From Kiritimatiellia bacterium (GTDB lineage Bacteria; Verrucomicrobiota; Kiritimatiellia; RFP12; UBA1067): a DNA stretch of 55,659 nucleotides. The stretch lies in NCBI GenBank assembly GCA_045598785.1, contig JAZLMR010000087.1, positions 1 through 55,659 on the forward strand. Direction: 5' to 3'. The translations under genes and the position numbers were made by a program. Below are positions 1-8,174 of this stretch, in pieces (the stretch's first letter is position 1; each line of letters starts with the position of its first letter). The notes below the pieces were generated by a model that saw only the letters and a list, made by a program, of their open reading frames with translations, was not told the origin of the DNA and searched no databases.

Positions 1-140
1 TGAACGGGACGAAGAATCTGCTCGCCCTGCGTACGCTCTACAAGTCAAACAGGCTTGACGAATTCTTCAACCACCTCGTCGCAGACCTGCCGCAGGTGGC
101 CTGCGCGGCATGATCCTTGCATAAAAATCTCTTTGCACCC
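1..140 (+). mobile_element. Right end of an insertion sequence, ending ...CTCTTTGCACCC at 140
   Basis: The transposase tail is followed 27 bp later by a terminus reading GGGTGCAAAGAG on the minus strand. An ORF with a strong SD is cut at exactly 140/141. Confidence 0.55.
3..113 (+). CDS. C-terminal end of an ISKra4/IS256-superfamily-like transposase (5' part outside window)
   Basis: Translation from nt 3 is NGTKNLLALRTLYKSNRLDEFFNHLVADLPQVACAA*, resembling the G-x-x-x-LLALR-x4-S-x-R-x-D-x-F tail of ISKra4/ISLre2-type transposases. Confidence 0.6.
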   Translation, partial: NGTKNLLALRTLYKSNRLDEFFNHLVADLPQVACAA

Positions 141-176
141 AATTGTGATAGCAAAACTTTTATCCCACTTTTTCAT
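141..176 (-). pseudogene. 5' stub (MKKWDKSFAITI) of a gene interrupted by the IS
   Basis: AAGGAGG SD, then ATG at 176 and 12 codons up to the IS end. Confidence 0.45.
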
Positions 177-505
177 GACTCAACCTCCTTTACCGCGCAC
201 CTCAAACGCCAACATTCCCGCGCAGAAAAGAAGAGTGGCGTGCTCCCAAACACCCACGTCTACTGGAAGGCATCGCCAAACGCCCATTAGAAAACATGAA
301 TGATGAAAACACGCCACTGTGGATTGCTCCACGTAGCGCGAACATCGTATTCCGTCCACATGATAGGCGTATTACGCATAATGGCCGCGACAGGCGATGA
401 TACAGAGTAATCCGTCGGGGGATTGATCGGCTTGCGCCGAACGCAATAAGACCGTTTTTGTGTGAAGCACAGAGGTTTGTTGGGTTTTCCCTGTGTCTCT
501 GTGGG

Positions 506-3500
506 TTAAAAAATAGTTTCTGACTTGGAGACGATTTCACCCAAGCGGGAACCGGGCGAGACCAGTTTGCCCGCCAGCACGTCGGCCTCGGTGAAACTGG
601 CCAGCAAGATCTGCTGCGTCCGCCGACGATCATGATCGTAAATGACATGAATCGTGCCGTCGGCGGCCTGATCGCCGTCAGGATACGAGCATTCGCGCGC
701 ATCGAGCGTCAATCCCCCTTCCCAGGTCTGCCCGTCATCGCGCGAAAGAAAGGCCGTAAGTTCGATGCGCTTGCCGCCAGCCGGGACCCGCAGCGGGCGG
801 TTGCCGTTTTTAACCATCAGCAAGTTGCCGCTTTTAAGCCGCCGCAACAGCATCCGCGCCACCAATTGTCCGAAACTCCGAGGCGCCGCCGGTGCGCTCC
901 AGGTGCAGCCCCGATCCGCCGAACGCGCGACCTTGGTCAGATGCCGGGTGCGGATCGTCGCCAGCAAGTCGCCGTTCGCCAGCTCCACCAGCTGATGCTC
1001 GTCAAATTCCCGCCATTTCGCGGGCAACGAAACCCCGCCGCGACGGGTGAGCGCGCGGCCGTCGGCCGAGGCGTAAAAGACGGCGGAAGTCGCCGCGCCC
1101 CATTCGCTGATCGGGAACAGCCATTCGCCGGAAGCGAGCTGCGTCGGCTTGCACATCATCACGCCCGTCCCCAGCCGCGACGGTGGCGGCAGCGGACCGG
1201 TAGGCTCGTTTTCGGCATCCAGTTCCAGCCGCATCAGCCGGTCTTGCTTCGGGTCCGACTCCACCGTGCCCTTGCGCTCCGTCCAGGTCCAGTGGAGCTT
1301 GCCGCCGATGACCGCCAGCTCGGGATCGAAGGCGCGGCGGCCGCCGATGCCGTCAGGATCGGCCACCAGCACTTCCTTCCATTCGGTTTCATCGGCCGCC
1401 CGCGTCGCCAGCACCACATAGTTGTTTTCGTCTTCGGCCGGCAGCGGCCCCGCATACCAAGTCGCCCACAGCCGACCGTTGACGGGCGAGACCGCAACCG
1501 ACGGAATGCCGGAATGACGACGAAGCCGCCGCGCGTGAAGCGGCTCCGCCCGCGACACCGTCGCCGGCCGTGGCCGCGGCCGGAGGTCGATCTCCAGTTC
1601 GCCGCCGGCGAAAATCTCCGCCGTCGTCACCCACGCCCGGGTCAGCCGCCGACCATTGAGCCGCACCTCGTGAACATAGACATTTTCGGGATCCTCGACC
1701 CCCAAGGCCCGAATCACAAAGCGCTTTGCCTTCGCGTAGCGGTGATTGAAGTTGAGCGCCGTCTCCGCGAAGCACGGCGCGGTCACGATCCACTTGCCGC
1801 TCCCCGGGCAAAGCGGATGGAGGCCAATCGAGCTGAGCAGATACCACGCGCTCATCTGCCCGACGTCGTCGTTTCCGCAAAGGCCCTTCACCCCCGTGCC
1901 GTAGGCGCGCTCGCAAATCCGCCGCGTCCAATAGCCGACGAGATACGGCTTCTCCGAATAGGCATAGAGAAACGGAATCGTATGGCAAGGTTCGTTGGGA
2001 TGGTTATAGGCCGAGTTCCAACCGAAATGCTTCGGCGTCGCGGCAAAAAAGTCATCGAGTTCGCGGGTGAACTTCGCCTTTCCGCCCATCAGCGCCGCCA
2101 ACCCTTCCGGATCGTGCGGGACGAACCACGCCTGCTGATGCGGATTCGACTCGGCGCAACCCTGACCGTAGACTTCGCGCCCTTCCCACTTGATCCGCTC
2201 GCCATTCTCATCCCAGCCGCGCATCCAGCCCACCGTCGCGTCCCAGCAATTGGTATACCATTTCGCCCGGTCTTCATAATAACGCACCTCCTCCGGAGTC
2301 CCGAACCTTTCCGCCAGCCGCGCCATGCACCAGTCGTCGTAGCAATACTCCAAGGTCTTCGACAGCGACCGCCATTCGCGGCAGCACTGATACGCGGCGG
2401 TATTGCCGCGCTTCGCCGATGTGTCCTGCGCCTGCCGGTAGACGAGCGCCGTATCGAAGTCGGTCACGCCCGCCTCGACCGCCGTCGCAATGACGGGAAT
2501 GAGCGGATTGCCGAGCATGCACTCCGACTGACAGCCGAAGAGGTCCCAGACCGGCAAGGTGTCGCGTCGGCCCGAGGTCACGATCTCGCTCATCGACAGA
2601 ATCGTGTCGCGGACGATGTCCGGCCGCACCAGCGTCAAGAGCGGCATTTCGCTTCGAAAGACGTCCCACCCCGAAAAGACCGTACGGCGCGTAAAGTCCC
2701 GTCCGCGGCCAATCGCGCGCGGATCGATGAACGCATGGTAAAGCGCGGTGGCGAAAATCCGCCGCGCCTTCTCGGAGCCGCCCTTGACGTCAATCAGCCG
2801 CAACGCGTCCGTCCATGACTGACGGGCGGCGGCATGCACCGCCTCGAAGTCAAAGGCCGGGATTTCGGCAGTCAAATGGCCACGAGCTTCCGCCAGCGAT
2901 GAAAACGAAATGCCGACTTTCAAGAGAAGCGGCCGTTCCGAGGCCGGAAACTCGGCCACCGCCACCAGATTGGAGCCCGCGCCCGTCGACACCAGCGCCC
3001 CCTTTTCCGCCAGCGCAAAGGCCGCCATCGGCTCCGAGAACTCCGCCCGATAGTAGACCGTATAGTTCACCTTGCCGTCGCCGCGCCCCCAGCCACCGTC
3101 GCGGCAATCGCAGACGATTTCGCCCTCGAAGGCACTTGGACCCACCCGAACGGCGGTCTGCCGCGAAAACGCCAGATGCCGCTGGCGCTGACCGACGCGG
3201 CGGCCGAGATCGACCTCGACGCGGCGCATTTCGCGCTCGGGATAATGAAAGCGCAAGATGCCCGCATGCTCGCTCGCCGACATCTCCGCCCAGATCTGGT
3301 AGCGCTCGAGTTCCACCGCATAATAACCGGCGGCTACCGCTTCGTGGTCGTGCGAATACGACGAGGCCGAGCGTTCGCGGTCCAACTGCCGCGGCCCCGT
3401 GGTCGGCATCACCTGAAAATTGCCCAGGTCGCCATACCAGCCGATGCCGCTCATGTGGGTGAAACTAAAGCCTTCGATCGTCTTATGGGTCGCCGAATAG

Positions 3501-4657
3501 CCGGGGCCGTTGTCACCGCCGGTGATCGTGTCGGGCGAAAGCTGCACCATCCCGAACGGCGTAGTCGCGCCCGGAAAAGTCTTGCCGAGACCGTGCCCGC
3601 CGTGTTCCGAATTCTCCGAATCGGTAACCGTCCCCACCCGCGGATCGATCAGATCCACCGCCGACGGCAGGTCCGCCGTCACCACCAGCACGGCGGTGTT
3701 GGTGCTCGAACCGCTGTAATAGGCGAGGTGATGCCGGCCGCCGGCCGCCACCGCATTGACATTGCCGGCGTCGTAATGCCGTTCCTCGTTGCCGCGCGCC
3801 AGCACTTCAGCCGCCGGCCAGGCCCGGGCGTCCGCCCACACCTCCGAGAGCGTCGCCACCCGCCGTTTCAGCAACTTGCGCCCGCGCTCGTAATAGTAGT
3901 TGAAGACCTTTCCGGAACTACGGTCTAATATCAGGCTGGGCGTGGAGATTCGCGTATCGGCAATATTGGTTTCCTGCCGAGTCCAGGTCTTGCCCCCGTC
4001 GGTCGAGGTCAGCTGCCATTGCGGGCCCTTCGTATCCCGGCGGGCGATCGCAAGGATTCGCCCGTCGCCAAGGGCCACCGCCGAAGGCTCGGTAGGCCAC
4101 TCCGACTTGGCAAGATTCCGCTCAACCACCTGCGACTGCCACGAGCGGCCGCCGTCCGCGCTTACCAGCGTTCCCCAGGAATGGTTGGTGCCGTCGCGAT
4201 AGTCGCCGGCGAACCACAGCGACATCAGCCCCACGCCCTCGACCTCGAAAATGTCCGTCACCTGAATCGGATTCGGATCGAGCGACAAGGTCAGCTGGCG
4301 CTCGAAGCGGATACCGTCGCGCGTGCGATAAAGTTCATGTCGCCGCTGATCCGGCTTCCACCAGCTGCGCACCCAGAAGAGCATGGTGCCGTCGGCCAGC
4401 ACGCCACGGCCGCAGACCGCCTCGCCGACCGTCGGATCGTTGACTACGCAATGTTCCGGCTGCCAGGTGCGGCCGCCGTCCAGCGAAACCCGGGAATAGA
4501 CCCCGCGCTCGCCCTCGACGACTTCGTGCCCGATACCGGAACTGTAGCAGCAGACGAGCCGATCCGCGCCGGCGACGATCATCGGCCAACTGTGATAGGC
4601 GTCAGCGGAGCGAATCACCGTCGGCACCAGTAACGCCAGCAACAGAGAAGGCAACAT
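506..4657 (-). CDS. Secreted tri-modular glycosidase: sialidase-like BNR propeller + GH92 alpha-mannosidase + sialidase-like BNR propeller
   Basis: Signal peptide. Asp-boxes SLDGGRTW, SADGGRSW, STDGGKTW (N-terminal) and SADRGCTW, SRDDGQTW (C-terminal). GH92 motifs PGATTPFGMVQLSPDT, GFSFTHMSG, NHPNEP, GNDDVGQMSAW. Confidence 0.88.
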   Translation of the reverse strand: MLPSLLLALLVPTVIRSADAYHSWPMIVAGADRLVCCYSSGIGHEVVEGERGVYSRVSLDGGRTWQPEHCVVNDPTVGEAVCGRGVLADGTMLFWVRSWWKPDQRRHELYRTRDGIRFERQLTLSLDPNPIQVTDIFEVEGVGLMSLWFAGDYRDGTNHSWGTLVSADGGRSWQSQVVERNLAKSEWPTEPSAVALGDGRILAIARRDTKGPQWQLTSTDGGKTWTRQETNIADTRISTPSLILDRSSGKVFNYYYERGRKLLKRRVATLSEVWADARAWPAAEVLARGNEERHYDAGNVNAVAAGGRHHLAYYSGSSTNTAVLVVTADLPSAVDLIDPRVGTVTDSENSEHGGHGLGKTFPGATTPFGMVQLSPDTITGGDNGPGYSATHKTIEGFSFTHMSGIGWYGDLGNFQVMPTTGPRQLDRERSASSYSHDHEAVAAGYYAVELERYQIWAEMSASEHAGILRFHYPEREMRRVEVDLGRRVGQRQRHLAFSRQTAVRVGPSAFEGEIVCDCRDGGWGRGDGKVNYTVYYRAEFSEPMAAFALAEKGALVSTGAGSNLVAVAEFPASERPLLLKVGISFSSLAEARGHLTAEIPAFDFEAVHAAARQSWTDALRLIDVKGGSEKARRIFATALYHAFIDPRAIGRGRDFTRRTVFSGWDVFRSEMPLLTLVRPDIVRDTILSMSEIVTSGRRDTLPVWDLFGCQSECMLGNPLIPVIATAVEAGVTDFDTALVYRQAQDTSAKRGNTAAYQCCREWRSLSKTLEYCYDDWCMARLAERFGTPEEVRYYEDRAKWYTNCWDATVGWMRGWDENGERIKWEGREVYGQGCAESNPHQQAWFVPHDPEGLAALMGGKAKFTRELDDFFAATPKHFGWNSAYNHPNEPCHTIPFLYAYSEKPYLVGYWTRRICERAYGTGVKGLCGNDDVGQMSAWYLLSSIGLHPLCPGSGKWIVTAPCFAETALNFNHRYAKAKRFVIRALGVEDPENVYVHEVRLNGRRLTRAWVTTAEIFAGGELEIDLRPRPRPATVSRAEPLHARRLRRHSGIPSVAVSPVNGRLWATWYAGPLPAEDENNYVVLATRAADETEWKEVLVADPDGIGGRRAFDPELAVIGGKLHWTWTERKGTVESDPKQDRLMRLELDAENEPTGPLPPPSRLGTGVMMCKPTQLASGEWLFPISEWGAATSAVFYASADGRALTRRGGVSLPAKWREFDEHQLVELANGDLLATIRTRHLTKVARSADRGCTWSAPAAPRSFGQLVARMLLRRLKSGNLLMVKNGNRPLRVPAGGKRIELTAFLSRDDGQTWEGGLTLDARECSYPDGDQAADGTIHVIYDHDRRRTQQILLASFTEADVLAGKLVSPGSRLGEIVSKSETIF

Positions 4658-4671
4658 AAGCTAATTCCCGC

Positions 4672-7080
4672 TTATCGGAGGAACCACACCGTCCCCGCCT
4701 CACGCTTCACCAGATAAAGTGACTTGCCGTCGGCCGAAAGCTCCAGCTCGAACTTAGCGCTGGCGCGATCGGATGTAACCGTCACCGCCCCCATTTCAAT
4801 ACCCGCGGCCGCCGTGGCGATCAGATAGCGTCCGCCATCGGCCACCGACTTGAAAGCCCCCGCCGACTGGACCTGGAACTCAAGTTCCTCACCGAGCTGC
4901 AACTTCCCGGCCGTAGTCAAGCAGGTCGAGCCGTCCTCGGCCAGTTCCGCCGCGTCCACCGCCCAAGTCGACTCCACCGTCAGCGAACCGCAGTTCGCCA
5001 CGGTCGGCAGCCCCGTCAGCTGGAAGAGCCGGTACTGGCTCACGCGGCCGAAGTCAATGCCGGTAAGCGGCGCGAATTCCATCGCCGCAAAGCTCGGCAT
5101 GGAGCCGTTGTCATCGGCCGGCGGGATCACCACCCCCGGGCGAACCACGTCAACGTCCGACACGAGGGCATAGGTGAACAGCGACCCGTCGCCCGGATCG
5201 ACCAGCGCCTCGTAGTCGTCGACCAGCATGGTGTCGTAGCCCGCCTTGTTGACGGCCAGGCCGAAATTGCCCTTCCACTTGCCTTGGGCGGCCGGCGAAT
5301 CGTCGGAGAACCACGAATTGGGCCCGTTGCCCGTAAGTCCGCCGGCATAGACGACATACAAGAACGCATTGGCGCCCGGCTGCAAGGTCGCCGTTCCGTG
5401 GCCGATGTACTTCACCCCGCTGACATTATACTGCTGCTTGAAGACCTCGACATCATTGATCTTCAGCAGCGAAGTGTGGGCCGCGCTGCCGGCAAACGCC
5501 CAGTCGACGGGGGCGTCAGAATTGTTCCAGAGATAACCGCGATAGCAGATCACCGCCCGCGTGTCGCCGTCGGCGACATTGGGGAGCGTCCACAGCGGAT
5601 ATTCGGCGTCATAGGCGCACATCGGCCCCATGGCAATCGAATTGGTCGTAAAGTTCTTGCCGCTGAAGTAATCGGTATAGTCCGGCCGCGTGTTTTTCCG
5701 ATAGGCGAACTGCCCTTCGTAAAGCCCGGCAATCTTCGCCCGGTTGTCGGCATGGAAGCGAACGGTGCCGCCCGCTACCGCCAGGGTCTGGCCGTCGACG
5801 GCGGAATTGTAATCAAGCTCGCCCGCGCCCGACTTCGTCACCGTGCCCTGCCAGGCGCCGATGCCGCCCTGCACCGCGCAGGCCTCGCTGAAATTCGCCG
5901 CCGGCAGCTCGTAGGCCGTCGCCGCCTTCAGATAAAGCGACCCCGCCGTCAGCGACAGCGCGCCGCCATAAGCCGGCATGGCGGTAGGATTCCAAAGATA
6001 GACGTCGATGCCGGCCGCCGCCGTCACCCCGCCCTCAAAGTCATTTTCGGGATGATGCAGATGCAACTGCGCGTTCGTGACCCGGCTGTCGCGAGTCAGC
6101 GTCAAGCCGCCGCCCGAGACCTTGCCCTTGAAATTGACGGCGTTGACCGCCTGGTTGTAGGCGAACTTAAGCGAGGTCGACTCGCCTCCCAGCGTCAAGG
6201 GGCCGCTCCAGGCGTTGATAGTGGTGGCGACTTGATCGGCAGTCAGGTTGGACTTCGCCTGCAGCTTGCCGCCGTCGGCGATTTTAAGCGCCCAGCCGAG
6301 GTCGCCATAGACCGATGACATCTCCAATGTGCCCGTGTCGCCGACTTCGATGACGCCGTCGTCTGTCAGCGCCATTTCTGGATTCATCAGGCTCATCAGC
6401 CCGTCATCCAAGACGATCTTGCCGCCTTGGGAATCGGAGCTGTTCAAATAGGCCAAGATGAAATTCCGCCCCGCATAAGGCTTCAGCGTCAGCACATGGC
6501 CGTTCAAATGAATGTCGGTCGGCGAATTGTTCCAATAGACGTGAAAGTCGTCTTCGACCGCCACCAGCGTATCCGCATTCAAGGTAATGTCATTGCCCAG
6601 CGACGCCTTGTCAAAGGCCCCGCTGCCGCTGTAGACGACCGCGCCGCGCCCGTCGACGCCCGTGCCGCTGATGACAAACGCCTTTTTCGGCATCGTAAAG
6701 CGTTCGCCGTTGCCGACGAACTCCAAGGTCGCCTCCTCGGCGACTTCCACCGCCCCGCCTTTGCCGCTAGTCACATCACCGACCGCCGTCGGCAAGGTGG
6801 CCTGATAAACGCCTTCGGCAATGGTAATGCGCCCTTGATAAGCCGCAAGGTCGGAACTGACCGTCAAGGTGCCGCTGCCGGTCTTGACCAGATCCGTCAC
6901 CGTCGCCCCCAATTTGGCGGGATCGAAAGTCGCAGTTCCCGAATCGACCTTGACCACCAGGACCGTTTGATCGTCATTAAGTTCGCCCGACGTCACCACC
7001 GGATCATCCGCTTGCGCCGAGAAAAGCCCCGTCACCACCAACATCGCCACCAAACTGCGCTTCACCACTGCCAACGCCAT
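4672..7080 (-). CDS. Secreted beta-helix (autotransporter-associated beta-strand repeat) protein with a PA14-like insert
   Basis: Signal peptide; repeats LVKTGSGTLTV and VTKSGAGELDY; YRGYLWN...LLKIND segment; ends EAGTVWFLR with no recognisable beta-barrel. Confidence 0.7.
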   Translation of the reverse strand: MALAVVKRSLVAMLVVTGLFSAQADDPVVTSGELNDDQTVLVVKVDSGTATFDPAKLGATVTDLVKTGSGTLTVSSDLAAYQGRITIAEGVYQATLPTAVGDVTSGKGGAVEVAEEATLEFVGNGERFTMPKKAFVISGTGVDGRGAVVYSGSGAFDKASLGNDITLNADTLVAVEDDFHVYWNNSPTDIHLNGHVLTLKPYAGRNFILAYLNSSDSQGGKIVLDDGLMSLMNPEMALTDDGVIEVGDTGTLEMSSVYGDLGWALKIADGGKLQAKSNLTADQVATTINAWSGPLTLGGESTSLKFAYNQAVNAVNFKGKVSGGGLTLTRDSRVTNAQLHLHHPENDFEGGVTAAAGIDVYLWNPTAMPAYGGALSLTAGSLYLKAATAYELPAANFSEACAVQGGIGAWQGTVTKSGAGELDYNSAVDGQTLAVAGGTVRFHADNRAKIAGLYEGQFAYRKNTRPDYTDYFSGKNFTTNSIAMGPMCAYDAEYPLWTLPNVADGDTRAVICYRGYLWNNSDAPVDWAFAGSAAHTSLLKINDVEVFKQQYNVSGVKYIGHGTATLQPGANAFLYVVYAGGLTGNGPNSWFSDDSPAAQGKWKGNFGLAVNKAGYDTMLVDDYEALVDPGDGSLFTYALVSDVDVVRPGVVIPPADDNGSMPSFAAMEFAPLTGIDFGRVSQYRLFQLTGLPTVANCGSLTVESTWAVDAAELAEDGSTCLTTAGKLQLGEELEFQVQSAGAFKSVADGGRYLIATAAAGIEMGAVTVTSDRASAKFELELSADGKSLYLVKREAGTVWFLR

Positions 7081-7159
7081 AACGAACTCCTTAGAGGGCT
7101 GTTATTTTAGAACCGGGAGATAACTTATACTATTTACCCCCCCCCCTAAAACTCTCGCC

Positions 7160-7189
7160 ATTATATCATCAAGACCGTAAAAGTGTCAA
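7160..7189 (-). promoter_or_regulatory. sigma70-type promoter TTGACA-18 bp-TATAAT (extended -10) for the 802-aa gene
   Basis: tgtcaa at 7184-7189 and attata at 7160-7165 on +, with TGn before the -10. Confidence 0.7.
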
Positions 7190-7294
7190 ATTTCCAAACA
7201 CTACAAGAAAGTGTGGAAAGCACTACCACGACTTCCCGTCTCCGCCGACCGCGAAAACCATAATGAGAATTCGTTGCGGAAATTCTTGGCAGGG

Positions 7295-7330
7295 CGACGG
7301 CCAACGAGCGACGGCCGACGACCGACGACC
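7295..7330. repeat. Heptamer tandem repeat (CGACGGC CAACGAG CGACGGC CGACGAC CGACGAC)
   Basis: 7-bp periodicity read directly in intergenic DNA. Confidence 0.6.
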
Positions 7331-7387
7331 GCGGGCGAGTGGGAAGCGGAGCGCTAGGGCCGCTAAGAAGAAGCGGCGACCAACGAA

Positions 7388-7457
7388 TTTATCCACGGAT
7401 TTCACAGATTTTCACGGATTGAAATCTGTGTTAATCCGTGTCAATCCGTGGACAAAA
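7388..7457. repeat. Imperfect palindrome built from CAC(G/A)GATT units (three per arm)
   Basis: Left arm cacggatt/cacagatt/cacggatt; right arm aatctgtg/aatccgtg/aatccgtg. Confidence 0.75.
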
Positions 7458-7496
7458 CTCAACTACAGCGAGCCGGCCGCGCCAAATCGGTCGCGC

Positions 7497-8174
7497 TCAA
7501 ACGTCAATCTTGATGATCTTGCGAATCAGCAGCCAGCCGAGCACGATCAGCGCGAGCATCAACGCCACCGCCCCGAGCCCGATCGGACTCGTCAAAAACG
7601 GAATCATCAGACCCGGCCGCAGCATCGTCATCGCCACCCCGAGGAAAATCGGCATCAGCGTGACGATAACCCCCTGCATGCGCCCTTGCGCCGTCAGCGA
7701 CTTGACCTTACGCTGGATCTTCTGACGACCGCGGATCGTCTCCGAAATCTTGTCGAAGATCTCCGTGACATTGCCGCCCGTCTTCCGACTCACCAGAATC
7801 GCCGTCGTGACCAGCGTCAGGTCATCGGACCCGACCCGCTCCGACAACGCCTCCAGCGCATCCTCGAAACTCATGCCGATCTTGAGCTGCTGCTGCAGAA
7901 TGGCAAATTCCTCGCTCATCGGGTTCTCGCCCTGCTCGACCACCGCGTCAAAGGCCTGCGCGATCGAAAACCCCGCCCGAAGCGCATTCGACATCGTCGC
8001 CAGCGCTTCCGGCAGCTGGGCGTTGAACCGCTCCCGCCGCTGATTGTCGAGGTAGCGGGCGATCGGACTGGTGCCGCGCTGCCAGCCGGCCCGGATCCGG
8101 ATGCCGGAAGCCACCAGCGCCACCAGTCCCCCGAACGCCAGCGCCCAGAGCGAGACTATCAGCCACTCAATCAC
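7497..8174 (-). CDS. tadB: Tad pilus assembly protein TadB (T2SS-F family)
   Basis: QLPEALATMSNALRAGFSI and TGGNVTEIFDKISETIRGR motifs; TM helices; follows cpaF. Confidence 0.9.
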   Translation of the reverse strand: MIEWLIVSLWALAFGGLVALVASGIRIRAGWQRGTSPIARYLDNQRRERFNAQLPEALATMSNALRAGFSIAQAFDAVVEQGENPMSEEFAILQQQLKIGMSFEDALEALSERVGSDDLTLVTTAILVSRKTGGNVTEIFDKISETIRGRQKIQRKVKSLTAQGRMQGVIVTLMPIFLGVAMTMLRPGLMIPFLTSPIGLGAVALMLALIVLGWLLIRKIIKIDV

